DNA of 64,000 nucleotides from Guillardia theta CCMP2712 (lineage: Eukaryota; Protista; Cryptophyta): contig NW_005434665.1 in the NCBI RefSeq assembly GCF_000315625.1, positions 318,844-382,843 of the forward strand, given 5' to 3'. The position numbers and the translations under genes were made by a program. The notes below the pieces were generated by a model. The model worked only from the letters and a program-made list of their open reading frames with translations. It was not told the origin of the DNA and did no database searches. This document shows, one piece after another, positions 23,456 to 36,452 of this stretch. Numbering within the stretch: the first letter of the stretch is position 1; each line of letters starts with the position of its first letter.

Positions 23456-26400
23456 TCATCTCGCGGCTCTGAGGTCTCCCAGGTGCTCGGGAATCTGCTC
23501 GAGACATCAAGACCCGGAGGCGTCTCGATCGGTGCATACCTCGAGGAAGCTGACGATGGCTTCTGCTGGGGACATGACGGAGGAGGTGGAGGCAGCGGAG
23601 GTGTTGACAGGCGAAGAGATGTCTTCCTGGTCGAGCCTCTGCTCCACGCACCAAGACATCAACAGAACGCCTCTCCACCAGGACGAGCTCACCGCAAGGA
23701 GATCCTCGAGATACTTGAGGAGGGCCTGCCGCCGGTGCGAGATTACGCGGTCGCTATGGCTGCCGAAAAGTTGCTTGGACGGCAAGCGGAGGGAGGAGAC
23801 GTCGAGAAAGCGCTGGAGACGCTGGTGGAGCATGTGGAAGTCCTTGTACCTCCTGCGGATCTCCCAAGTAACGTCCTCATGCCGACACTGGAAGACGTAG
23901 ACTGTGTGGCCGTCGTGAGGACAGCTGTAGGTGCGGAGGATAAGGAGAGAGAGACTTTTGAAGTTGACGATCCTGCGAAGAGCGTGAGGAAAAAAGCGTC
24001 ACGGAAGGGATCGGAGCGACACAGCGGCAGGAGGAGAAAGAAGAGGGAGAAGGAGATAATATTAAGGATAAAAGGTGCGATGGCAGCACAGAGAAGACAA
24101 TACAATCTAGAGCAAGATGAGGAGAAACAATTGCCTCGGCATCAAAATAATGAGCAAGTGCTCGACAAGTTGCAAGACAGTTGGAAGGAGAGGAGAGCAC
24201 AATAGGGTTGGAGCGTTTGTTTGTGTGTGTTGTGGGGGGGGATTATGGAGACGAGGGTTGGAGAGAGATAATGACGGGAGGAGTCAGAGCGGGACAGCAA
24301 GACAGACACAGACAGATGGACGAAAAGGGAGAGAGGTCTACGGGTGGTGCAGACGGATAGAGGTAGGAATGGAGGCGCAGACACAGGCAAAATCGCGCAG
24401 GTACAGACAGAGAAAGAGAGAGGTAAAGAGCCAAGAATGCAAAACAGGGGGCAGGGGGGGGAGAGAGGGAGAGGGAGGGAGAGCGGGGAAGACAAGGGCA
24501 ACACGAAGAAGAGAAGACTGGTACGAAAAAACCTGTCGCAGGTGGAGACGTCACAACCCTCCATCTCAATAGGCGAGAGACTTTGAATGCAATGCTGCAT
24601 GAGTGTGCCTGCCGGCGTATCAGGTGGCGACAGATGCGACTCCTGCGCGCTCTCTCCTCTCGGTGGGGCTGCCGGGCTGCGATGCTCGCCTGTCCCAGCA
24701 TGTGGAGCGTGCGAGTGGGAGGTAGAAGAGGCGTGTGGTCTCCTCTTCCCCACACTATCCATAACCTTCTTGTCTTCTACACCGTCAACCTCGCTGAGAG
24801 TAAACGTGAAGATGATAAATCCTGCTTGCTGCTCTCCATTCTTGAGCTCCACCCGGCAAATGCCGTAGCGACAGCATGACAGAGCGAGTGCGACTCTGCC
24901 GCTGGCAGTGAGACATGCTTCTGGATCTTGGGGCTTGTGAATGACTGCGCGAATCAACAGTTCCGACGTATCTTCGTCTTCTAACATGCCATGATGGCTA
25001 AGGACAACTCGGGCATCATTCTTGTCCATCATACTTCTTGGCCCATGGCCTCGCGCTGGACATGAAAGGGGGGGCGTCAAGCTCGCATGCTGGTCGATCA
25101 TCATTTCGAAGAGGAACTCTTCTGCTCCATCATGTCCTATATTCCAGTAGAAGCTAAGAATGTTGATATCCACAAGGAGCGTTCTGCCCCTCCTGATCTC
25201 TCGAGGGCAGGCCTGAAGAGGGAGCAAAACATCCAAACAGCTCATCCTCGCTTGCAGCTCCTCGCCGTTGACATTCCAACGTTCATCGACATGATGGCTC
25301 GCATTAGAAAAATCGATCACAGCTCCTTTCCAAACACACTTGCCCGTTGCAGATTGAAATAAATGTGAGAACGAGAAATCTTTGCGGACCAAGTCAAGAT
25401 TGATGGAAACATAATGATCCGTGTCGCATGGAATGACAATGGCAGAGCCTCCCCGTCGTAGGATTTCCGTCTGATATCTCGTGATATTCTGGCCATTCGT
25501 TAATGCATATCGCAATAGGATGATGCTTGAGCTCAATATTTCCTCAAGTTTTCTGTTGTGTTTGAAGTCAACCAAGAGTAGTTTGCTGTAGTGATTCGAC
25601 AGGTGCGCTTCGACTTTCTGGCTGATCTGTTCGCTCCTCTCGTTCTGCCGTTTCATCAAGATACAACGCATCACATCTTGCACGTTCTCATTTACAACCC
25701 TACCAAGAATCTTGTCAAGTTGTGAAGTGTCGTTCCAACAACATTTTTCCTCACCTCCCTAGGGCCTGCAGTGAAGGAGCATCGACGACATTCTTGACCT
25801 TAACATACATGTGCGGCCAACCATCACTTGTCTTTGAGACATTCAAAATCAGAGATGCACAATTGAAGTTCAAGGAGAAGGCAACCGAATTCGAAGACGA
25901 CAATGAACTGGACACGGTTCCTTCAGTGTTGCTCAGCATTTGGCTCCATCCCTTCCAAAGGGGACTATCTTTGATCAGATATTCCCAAGTCAATCCTTCG
26001 ATGCTCACAACCTTGCCAAATCAGTGACAACCAGCAGCAGGAAGAGACCGTGACTTACTTGCTTCGTTTGGATTGAAGCCATGTCGATATGAGTGGCTAC
26101 TGAAGACACGAGCTTGAAATTCCCTCCTTTCACCTCAGGTCCAGCTTCATAGTCGGCATGTTTCTCTTCTGCCATTGTCACCGTGAAGGATCGAATATCA
26201 AACGCCCCGACAGGGAGGAATTCGTCCAGCTGATTCTTGAGAGACCTGTCAACAAGGGCAGGCAGATTGTCGGGAAGGATGATCAACAAGCGAAAGGCAT
26301 CAAACAAGATACGTGAAGCTCTACCGCATGCAGACGGACTCTGCTCCCAACCTGAACCATCTCTTCCTTTGCTGCGGGAGTCGATTATCGGCTCATCAAC

Positions 26401-27256
26401 AAATAATTGCAACAAGACTTGATCCATGGCCAGCACTTCAGTGAGCAGATACAGGCACAAGACGTGAGCATCAGCCCGAGAAAGTACTTTCGCAACAAAA
26501 TAACTTTCACACGATTCCGAAAGGCAGTTCAGCACAAGAAACACTCTCTTGCAACTGCCTTCTTGAGGACAGGCGCACGCGTCCTTGTCCACCATGTAGT
26601 AGTTCCAAGCAGCAAATGACAACATGAGCATGTTTGTGTTCATGTCTGATGTGACAGCAAGAAGCTGGACTGACAAGTAAATAAAGATGCATTTGATAAT
26701 TGAGAATCCTATCCTGTTCGAGAATGAAGAGAGGCAGCAATCCATGCTTGTACCAGATTTGTAGCCACACGAGTATACTCACCACAACTGCCAAATACGA
26801 GATGACACGCTTGTCTCTTGCATCTTCACTTCCATGAGTTGAGATATTGGAAATACAGGGCCTCCTCTCCTTCACTCGCGGTCTCTCCTGCCTCTTCCGA
26901 TAGCAAGTTCGCCTCCTACGCCTCCCTCGCCATGCTGCTGGTACATCGATTGAGCCTGATTCAAACTGATTCGCCTTTGATTCAAATGGATTCAACCGCA
27001 CAAAAGAGGCGGACTCGAAGTTGGCCCAGCCGCCGGCGACTCCCGTGTTTGAGAGTCAAGTCCTCTTCCTTGGCCAGTGAAAGAAGCAAGTTTGCTCCGC
27101 CGGGCAAGTTTGCCTTTTCTCTTTCCGAAGTTCAGCTTCGGACCGTACCGTATCGACCCGCCTCACCAAAATACTAGGTCGGTAGAGGAGGCAGCGAAAA
27201 CTGCTACAAGCTTGAGGGCTCACTGAGTCCTGACGAGTCGTAGTGACATAAACCAT
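23456..27256 (-). CDS. Multi-exon protein with N-terminal TM segments and C-terminal PX (phox) domain; start uncertain
   Basis: PX: GHTVYVFQCRHEDVTWEIRRRYKDFHMLHQRL...LPSKQLFGSHSDRVISHRRQALLKYLEDLL (~23695-23915). Hydrophobic VISYLAVVVSILVWLQIW / IGFSIIKCIFIYLSVQLL near 26650-26810. Long exons in ORFs 26005-26745, 25751-26008 and 24142-25683. Stop TGA at 23456. Confidence 0.75.
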
Positions 27257-27409
27257 GTCCCAGGCGGTAGAGAGGACCCTACCCCATCACTACCCGAAAA
27301 CCACCCAACCCCATGCCCCCTATCCTTCTCTTCATATACTTACCCTCGCTCCTCCTCTCTTGCCTTGCTAGTAAAAGCCCATCCCTCCTGCCTCGTACAT
27401 CCACCCGAT

Positions 27410-28188
27410 ATGTGTAAGTGTTCCAGCTCCTCCGTCCTTCCTGCGACCATCGTGAGCATGGTGCTCGGGTTCGCCTTGTTCATTGCTGGAGTGGTCCCAG
27501 CCGCCTATAAGCCCCCAGCCTGCCCGTCTCCGTCTTCATCCTCGAGCAGCAGCAGCTCTTCCTCCTCCAACTCCGGAAACTACGACACCGGATACAACAC
27601 CGGATACAACACCGGATACAACAAGGGCTTCAACAAAGGATACGACACGACGTTCAGGTCAAGCTACAATGACGGATACAACTACGGATACAACTCCGGA
27701 TACAACAAGGGATACTACAATTACGGATACAACTCCGCTTACTCCAGCATCAACAACGGATACTCCTCCTATGACTACACCAGCACCCTGTACTCCACCG
27801 CCTACTACACCGGGAAAAGCGGAGCATACAGCTCGAGCGCCTTGTCGGGGCATAGCTATGACTACAACTCTGGATACAACTCCGGATACAACTCCGGATA
27901 CTGCAACGGATACGACCAGGGAGACGCGTTGACCACCTACAGGCTAGCGTACAACTCGGGCTTCAACGCGGGCTTCAACTCGGGGTACAACACCGGTCAT
28001 AGCATTTATGACACCTACGGCTATTCAGGCTACTACAACACAGGCTATTACTCGGGCTACTACAACAGCGACAGAGCAGACCAATCCTCAACCTCGGACT
28101 ACAATCAAGATATGCCCTCGGCGTACAACTCGGGCTACAACGCGGGGTACTACAGCGGCTCCTACTCACAGACGTCGAGCTCATACGG

Positions 28189-28225
<37 letters not shown>

Positions 28226-28944
28226 TCATATTCATACAAATACTATTACTCAAGTTGTTACAGTGACAACAGTGAGGCAAAGTCTTTCCTCGTTTTCTTA
28301 GGAGTATGGGGAATCGTTCCTGGTATCTTCACTCTCGTCTTCGGAGGTCTTGGGATCGCGTTCAGCCGCATGCGAACGAAGCTGCTGGGAGGCTTTCACC
28401 TCGCGTACCTGATCATTGACATCCTTTTGTTGATGACTAGCATGATCATTTCCTTCTACTTCGGATTGTTTGCCTCAGTGGTTTGTGGTGAGTTGTCTGC
28501 AAGTGCTGTAAGCTGGATAGAGGCGCTGACGGCTTTGTGATTTCTGCAGATGAATACGAGATATACGGCAAGTTCTGCTCGACATTCACTGGCAGTGCAT
28601 GGGCGATCTTTGTATTCAGCTTCATGCTCTTCGTTGTACAGCTCACGTCTTCAATCATCATGTGCTCGCTATGCTGTCATCCCGACGAATGGACAACAGG
28701 CAGCTCGACTCCAGCTCATGATATGGAGGCTCAAATGCCTGTGGCAAGCGTTGCATTTGCCAAGCATGAACCCAGCCCTGCTGTCCAGCCGAAGGGAGTT
28801 GCAGCGTCGAAGTCGGAGACGAGCAAACCTCGGGTCGACGGCCCTCCTCCCGTTTCAGCTCTGAGCAGCCAGCCATTTACCCGCGAGCATCCTGCTGCAA
28901 GCGAGTCGTCCGTAAGCGCTTCCTCGTCGGAATCTGATGTTTGA
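27410..28944 (+). CDS. Four-TM MS4A/CD20-like membrane protein with YNxG repeat loop, paralogue B (intron 28488-28548)
   Basis: Same architecture and intron position as paralogue A, in inverted orientation; repeat region nearly identical in DNA. Confidence 0.8.
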
Positions 28945-29279
28945 AAAAGGAACCTTACGTTTGAAAAAGGAACCTGATGTTTGATTATGCTTTCAAAATC
29001 TTGTATCGATGATGGTCTGTAGAATGGTTACAGTAATTCTATGCTATGATTAGTTGTATTGTATCACGTCATTATCCACGTCTTAAAGTTGATTACACGC
29101 GTGGTTTGTTGTCAGACGCCTCCACCCCCTACCCAAACTCATCAAGCACATGCGCCAGGTACCGGTGCTCTCCCCCTCCCCTTCCCTTGCTTCCTCTACC
29201 ACCTCTCTTCCATCTAGCTTCTTCTCTCCATAATCCCTCCCCTCCTCTTTCCGCTCCCCCTCACGACCGTCTATCCTCG

Positions 29280-29530
29280 CGAAAGCCCATCCCTCCCTTA
29301 TGCATCTACCAACTATGAATATGGAGGCTTATACATCTACCAACTATATGTTAGTACTCCAACTCCTCCGTCCTTCCTGCAAGCATACTACGACTGCGGA
29401 TACAACTCAGCTTCCTCCGGACATTCCCCCTATGACTACACCAGCACCCTATACTCCACCACCGCGTACAACTCGGGGTACAACACCGGTCACAGCACTT
29501 ATGTCAGCTACCATAACCCGTACTAGTACC
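29280..29530 (+). pseudogene. Heavily deleted third copy of the YNxG gene
   Basis: Collinear scraps: aagcccatccctcc, ctcctccgtccttcctgc, cctatgactacaccagcaccct.tactccacc, tacaactcggggtacaacaccggtca. Confidence 0.75.
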
Positions 29531-29829
29531 TTTGGGTGGACCAGCAGGAGACAGATGCTGGATGATACAGACACTCAAGAACACTCAAAATGTTTTGAAG
29601 TGGGTTACGGGTTCCTCATGTAAAAAGATTATCTGTTGTGTATCAAGTTTTCCACCATTGGTGTTGGAGATGAAAGAATCTGACGATTCGCTTTGACCCT
29701 CAGAGTGAAATGAACACTGCAAGTCACACCACACAGATAAGCCATTCCATGCTTGCTGTGTCAAAGACAAGGTAGACTATGACGCTTCGAGCTAAGAGAG
29801 CAGGGGTTTTTGCGCTCATCTTGACACAA

Positions 29830-30200
29830 TGTCGCTCTGATCCCTTCCGTGACGCTTCTTCTCACGCTCTTCTTGGGATCGTCAACTTCAAAAGTCTCTC
29901 TCTCCTTATCCTCCCCACCTACAGCTGTCCTCACGACGGCCACATCGTCACTAGGATCTCCTTGCGGTGAGCTCGTCCTGGTGGAGAGGCGTTCTGTTGA
30001 TGTCTTGGTGCGTGGAGCAGAGGCTCGACCAGGAAGACATCTCTTCGCCTGTCAACACCTCCGCTGCCTCCACCTCCTCCGTCATGTCCCCAGCAGAAGC
30101 CATCGTCAGCTTCCTCGAGGTATGCACCGATCGAGACGCCTCCGGGTCTTGATGTCTCGAGCAGATTCCCGAGCACCTGGGAGACCTCAGAGCCGCGAGA
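29830..30200 (+). pseudogene. 3' remnant of the PX gene with the PX core deleted
   Basis: Reverse complement of ~23459-24020, introns included. About 200 bp (23706-23904) are replaced by tcgtcacta at 29945-29953. Confidence 0.85.
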
Positions 30201-31883
30201 GGATCTTGTGAGCAGCGGTAAGGCCGCTCATGCCTGCCGCCTGCACCCTGTCAAGAGAGAAGTCAGTCGCCAGGGAGCGCATGGAAGCAAGGAGGCGAGG
30301 AAGAAGTCAGTGAATACCCATGATAGATATCAGCCAGTCCAGAACTTGTGAAGTCCCCGCAGACAGCAATCTTCATCTCTTCGTTGGAGGTCTCAGTCAA
30401 GCTTCCCGCACAGAAGGCTGAGCCCCATCGATGAAGGATCGGCCCGAAGGAAGCTTTCTATTGGCGGGTCATTGGCATGGCAACAAAGGAGACAGGAGAA
30501 GCTACTACCTTGGGCAGGTCATAGCCAAGTTCCTTGAGCAGCGCCTCTCCGCTCCTGCATAGCTCCTCGAGGACAATCTTCTCTTTTTCCTTGTTCTCTT
30601 CCGACCTCCATCTGTCCGACAGCTTCGCAGCAGCACTCGTCGACCCATAGACCTCCTCGTACTTGCGAGCGAAGTCATGGGTGGAGTGCAGTACCAGGGA
30701 GGAGAATCCCCCGACGTTGTTGCGGATGACTCGTGAGATCACATCATGATGGGATACATCCAGCACGTCAAACGGAAGAGAGTCGATCATGTCTGCTCCT
30801 TCCCCCTGGTAGGCGAGCATCGCCACCATGACCGGCGATGATCTCACAGCCTGCAGCTCTCCCACCAGCGAGTTGAGCGCTGGGAACTCTTGGCTGTGAA
30901 GGAGATATTTCATTCTCAACGGTCAGTCTCAGCGCATCAAGGAAGAATCGACTAACCTGAGCTTCTGAAGAGGCGGCGGCGAGCCGAACACTTGCTCCCA
31001 GCGTTTGTGTCCGACGGTGTGACTGGTGACCACACACCAATCGAATCTACCAACCTCCTTCTTCATGCAGAGTCAGCGGCATCTTCGTGCCCTCCTTCCT
31101 CATCAACCTTCTCCTTGTCGAAGAAGACCCACTCGCCATCCCTCTTTGAAATCTCCGATACCTGAGTCTGCAAATGTTTACAATGAGGTCGAAAGCCCTT
31201 GTGGGAGGAATACCTGGTACTGTACTTGTACACCTTCAAGCAGGGACTCACAGAGAGAAGTCATGTCAGGCTGAGCCACAAACTTCTTCGCCATCTTCAC
31301 TTGCTCCATCCCTTTGGTCTTCCAATCCAACGAGTAGACTTGAGCGCTGCTCTCCTTCACCACTCCCTTGGAGACATAGCGCTCCATCAGGCCCGTGAAC
31401 TCGGGGTCGTCGACCACGAACAACGGAGCTCCGTGGTTGATCGCAAGTCCTGGATGCTCTCTTGTCTTTCTCGTCGCCATGCGACCTCCAGCTCCCCTCC
31501 CCTGTCATCGAGTCACCCTCAGATCGCATGTGAGACACGCCAACCATCTCGAAGACGGAAACCGAGGCGCCAGCATCTTGAAGTACACGAGCCAGGGAGC
31601 TTCCGGCTATACCCGCACCCACAACTCCAACCCGTTGCATCCCCTTGAGGGAGTGAGAGAGAGAGGAGGACATGCTGCGGCATGTGTAAGGCTCTGCTAC
31701 TCGATGCAGGGTCAACGATGATTGATGAGGAGAAAACGCCGCAGGAGTGTAAGAAGAGCTTGGAAAGGCGGAGGAGGCAGAGGAAGGAGGAGGAGGAGGA
31801 GGAGGAGGAGGATGGAATGCTGCAGGGCTGCTGAGAGAGCAGAGCATCGGGAGCATCCCAGCGAAAGTTCGCCTCCCCAGCAT
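30187..31883 (-). CDS. Renalase-like FAD/NAD(P)-dependent oxidoreductase, probably plastid-targeted
   Basis: Presequence MLGRRTFAGMLPMLCSLSSPAA-F; Rossmann VGVVGAGIAG...VSVFEM..GGRMATR..INHGAPLF; C-terminal HRWGSAF, CGDF, GVQAAGMSGLTAAHKILSRL*. Confidence 0.85.
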
Positions 31884-32185
31884 CGCGCTTTGTGAGGACA
31901 AAAAATTAGCAGAGGGGCTCGGTGTTGCCTGGTTAAAAGCTGAGTTCACATCGCGATGGCCGTTTGACAAGAGACCAGGTGGGAGAGGAGGGGAGGAGAT
32001 GATGATTGGAAGAGAAGGTGGGATAGTTGCGATGAGATGAGAAATGCAGGGGAAGGGGAAGGGGAAGGGGAAGAAGCGACTTCAATCAGCTTTACACGCG
32101 CTGAATAAGAATCGTTCTGCTCCTGACTTTGTGATTCTAACAAATCTTTGTCTGATTCTCACAGCTGGCTTAGAGCGACAGAGGA

Positions 32186-34353
32186 ATGGAGTCAGGGCTT
32201 AGGGTGCTGTCGCAGCGATCAAAGGTCTTGAGAAACTTCAGAGCAACATGGCCAACTATCACAGACATGGTCCGATCGCGTCACGAGTGGTTCTCCCTGC
32301 GCTGACACTCATTAGTTGTGGAGGGGCCGCTTCCTCTTCTATGACGTCGCTCTCCTTGCATACTCGGTCCAGGTCTGCTTGCTGACCCGATGGAAGCCTC
32401 GGGCCGATAACTCTCACAAGGTCCTCCGCACGTACGGGATCGGTGCAATCATCCGCTCTCCCAAGATCTGCTTGATCGCGCTTCCATGGGCAGGTGCCCT
32501 TCCACTGCTGCTTGTTTGTTTCCTGATACCGTGCAAAGGTCGCGCATGCCATCGACTGTTGCACTTTCTCCTTTCAATTCCAGTGCTTCCAGCACAATTG
32601 ATTTTCAACCATGTGAAAGAATGTTTCGCTCTCCATTTCAAATCACTCTGAGGTACAGGGCATCTTTGCCAAAATGTTTCCCAAGAACTTCGAGTCTGTA
32701 AACAGCGAGATGAAAAAATATGCTGTTTTTCTGCAGAAGAACTTTGAAGGTGCAGCACAACACAAAAATAAGGAGCGCGATTCAGACGTAACGGTTTGTG
32801 CTGACAGGCATACCGGTAGTCATCTCAACTCCTGGTACTCTGCTGCAGGAGAATTCAACCATGATGATTCCCTTTGTCTTCAGATGGAGTGAATCTTTCC
32901 GGCATGTTCTTTCTTGGTGTTTCTTGTGCGCTGTCGTTTTCCTCGACTGATTCTTACGTAGGGAAGGAGCGTGGAGCCGGGACAGGCAGGCGAGCAGACA
33001 TAATATGACTTCCACCCATCCTTTCACTGAAACCATTCGCAATCAGCATTCATGGTCCAAGCATCATTCGGTTCAATGGAAACGGGGAGGTTTGAGGTTC
33101 TGGTCTTGTGCGATGGATGATCATGTTGTCGGAAGGCGTGGGAGTACATCGACCCAGGCTCAGTAAGAGATTATGTCGACCAGGTTTGACTTGTACAGGT
33201 CACGTGTGACTCGTTGAGACTAGCATCCGCAGGGCATCAACCTTTTGGTATTCAACTATCGGTATTTGAAAAATTGCAGCAAGAAAATGAAAAGGCATTG
33301 AAAGATATTACCAGGGGTGTCAATGAGAGCACTTGGGCCCCTGTGTTTGGAAGCCAAGTATTGGGAGAGTTGATTGGAAGGTGAGCAACTCCCGTAATGT
33401 TTTGCTGGCTACCTTTTGACATGACAGTCTCGAAGATACACGACGATTGAGCGCGATGGCATCGTCCTGGACTGCATGAGTGTGATACAGTATGTCGTGA
33501 AGGGGCTGGGAGTGAAGGAGGATAAAGTGACGATGACATCTGTGCTCGTTGTTTGCATGACGAGGTCGACAGGTTCTTCTTCTGGGTCACTCCATCGGAG
33601 GAGCTTTCAGTCTCCAGGCTTCTGTCAAGCATCATCCGAGGTAGATTCATCATCTCTCCTCTCCCCCTTCCTTCTCCCATTCCCCTCTTTCCCCTCCTCA
33701 GGCGGAGCGCCTCTTTTGACATGAGATGGCAGAGCCTGTATCTGCAGTAGTAGATCATTCTCTAAGTTGTCTTGTACCGTAAGGGAGCATGCTGCCGAAT
33801 TTCTTGGAGTTTCGCCGACGTCGTGGATTGGTAGTCAATCTTTATGGCTAAGCTTCGCATCGTGACTGCGTTTGGTTCTGACAACAGGAAAGTTCCTCAA
33901 GTGGTTGGGAGGAACGCTCGTTCACGTGACTGGCTGGGAGCTCAACTCCGTTGAAGTTTGGCACAAGACAAATGGTTTCAAATGGATTGAATTTTGCAAG
34001 TAAGCTGATCTTTGCACATCTGTGGTTGAAGCGTCACTTGTATACGTGACGGTCCCTTCTTCAGGAAAGATCACATCATTCCTGTCAAGACATCTTTATA
34101 TGAAGCAGCTGGCGGAGTCGAGTCGAACAGGTGATCATATCGCTGCCTGTTTCTTTGTTCTAACGAGAAGGCGATACACAGGGTGCTGGAGCTTGAGTCT
34201 CTGCGTGGGGACAATCATAACAGGTTCTGCTCAATAGAATGAAGTTGCTGCTGACTTTCTCATCCCAGAGCCTTGACCATCATGGAACTTCGAGAGCACC
34301 TTGCTCTCGTCGAAACAGCGCTCAGTTTACCTGGAACGAGCAAGCAGGGCTGA
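32186..34353 (+). CDS. Alpha/beta-hydrolase (ABHD-like), multi-exon, with N-terminal hydrophobic segment
   Basis: Spliced motifs IIRFNGNGE, INLLVFNYRGVNES, nucleophile elbow LLLGHSIGG (~33573-33605), SRSFSKL, KDHIIP (Asp), DNHN (His). Stop TGA 34351-34353. Confidence 0.8.
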
Positions 34354-34503
34354 CGGGCTTTCGGAGCTATCCGTCTACATGGGCTGCTTCATGACAGTGA
34401 ATATTATCTGATTTTAGGTTGAGATGTAGAGCTCATTGCTAGATGATTAAACTTCAACATATGCTGCTCGCAAGTGTCCCTCATTCCGATCAGGTCTCCA
34501 AGA

Positions 34504-35354
34504 TCAATCTTGTTTCTCTACAGGGAGGACTCACCCTCGATGCCGCCAATCACAGCGGAGGCACTCACCTTGTTTCTTGTCGTCTATGCGCGTGCTACCG
34601 CCATCTTCTGTGGGCCCTTCTCTCTTCCTGATCTCGAACGGCTTGTCGTTCTTCTGTCCAAAGGGTCGACGAAGCTCTTCAACTTCGTCGGACTGCCCCA
34701 GCATGTGAATTCTGAAGAACAAGACGGTCATGCGCGAACTCATGCAAGAGAATGCTGTAAGATCAACCTGAATAGCTCGCTCTCCGCGATAGAGAAGGCC
34801 ATGTAAACCGACACCATGAAAACGACGCGGAACTCCCCAAGTTGATATGCAATCATCCTTAAACGCTCCAAGTCATGCTGGATCGAAGTTGACTCAATAC
34901 ATACCCGACAAATACCATGATTGTCACAAATGCCTGTAATGATTCACCAAGTTTGTTGATATCATACTGAGCAAGATGAATCTGTCAAACACATTGAACC
35001 CCAATAGTGTTTTTTCACCTCTTTTTTCGAAAGTGTCATCACTGTTCCCTCTGCAGATTTAAATTGAAAGTGAGAGTTATCGTTCTTGAAGAAGATGGCT
35101 CTGTACATCCAGATAAACCCAAAGCTACAATAGAGCCTGGCAACAAACAAGGAATCAATGGATGACTGCAGACACCCCTCAGCACGAGGCAAGCACAGGT
35201 TTCGGTTGGGGATTCAGAAAGGGTCGACAAGTACAAGTCCGCACACCCATTACCAAGATAGAACGTAGGCGGTCAGGAACGTGACTTTAGCATTCTTTTC
35301 CTCCACTCTCGCCATCACCAGCATTCCCACCAGCCCTGCCGTGAGCTTGTTCAT
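34504..35354 (-). CDS. PHO88: Pho88/Snd3-family ER membrane protein
   Basis: Spliced product contains ...YRAIFFKND...QYDINKL...hydrophobic segments...ESELFRIHMLGQSDEVEELRRPFG, matching the Pho88 C-terminal KIHLFG...LKRPF motif. Confidence 0.7.
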
Positions 35355-35409
35355 TGGAAGCAAAGAAGGAAGGTTTCAGGTTCAACTCACCCATCAGAAA
35401 AGTAGGAAG

Positions 35410-35610
35410 AACTTGTCCGGACTCCGGGACTCTCGTCACTTCCGAACTCGGAACTCGGAACTTCGGAAGGAACTTCTTGCAGTTCGGCCCGGGCGCCGCC
35501 CGGGCCCCGGAGGTTCAAAGGTCCTCCTGGGTCCGGTGTCGACTACTCGTCAGGGCCTAGAAGGCCCCGACCGTAACATCGGAGTCGGCGCGGAGAGTCG
35601 GCAGGTACTA
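35410..35610. other. GC-rich palindromic island in a divergent intergenic region
   Basis: GGCCCGGGC-GCC-GCCCGGGCC hairpin, repeated GGAACTC/CGGA units, CGGAGTCGG. Confidence 0.55.
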
Positions 35611-36452
35611 CAGGGAAGCGGGGGGGAGGGGGGTCATATCGGGGGCTCTTTTCGATGATTCAAGTAGGGGTACGGTAGTCATGATACCCTCACACCGGTG
35701 CCCCGTTGACTTCCACAGTCAGCTGTAGGGGTAGATGATCGATGAGACCCCCTTGTAGCCCACAAATCTCCATGATGGTTGAGGAAGGGGTGGGGTCCCT
35801 GCCTTCCGCCTGATTTGACTGTCAGGGTGCTACCGGTAGCTCTGGGCCAAGGAGCTTTTCCGAACTTGGTCGGTCAGCCCAATTTTCAGGTCCCTAATTG
35901 TAGTTTCAAAATTTTTGAGGTAATTTTGGGGTGAATTAATTTAAGTTGAACTTATTTTTTCAAAGAGAACCTTCCCCCATATTTGCCTACCCCTCCATCC
36001 TACCGATACTACCCCATAACCTTGGCTTCCTGCATCATACCATTTGTATCCTACCCCCAGTTTCCCCGAGTATGACCCCCTACCTTCGCACCAACTTTCT
36101 CCTCCGTTGGCGCCATGCAATGTTGAAAAGTGGCTTCGTAATTCCTGCCATAAGAGCTTCACAATCCCATGCTTGTCTGATGTCATCTTCAAACATTTAA
36201 ACTACATACATCTTGTCTTGACTTGGGATATTCTCTGTGGCCTCAAACCGATCGGAAGACGCCTTTAGAGTATGTTTGTTGAGCGTTCGAGTGACGATGG
36301 CACAAGGGAAACTCATTAGACAGTTCACGTGGTTTAACTCGTGCATGGCTTGCTGAGATTCAGAAATCTTATTTGCTTTTGCCTGATTGTACGACAGGAA
36401 TCATGATCAATTGCCACCAGCGACGGTCTTCAAAATGATTTTTTGAATTACC

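Noticed and set aside
23483-24205. 240-aa plus-strand ORF
   Set aside because: Antisense to the PX exons and an intron.
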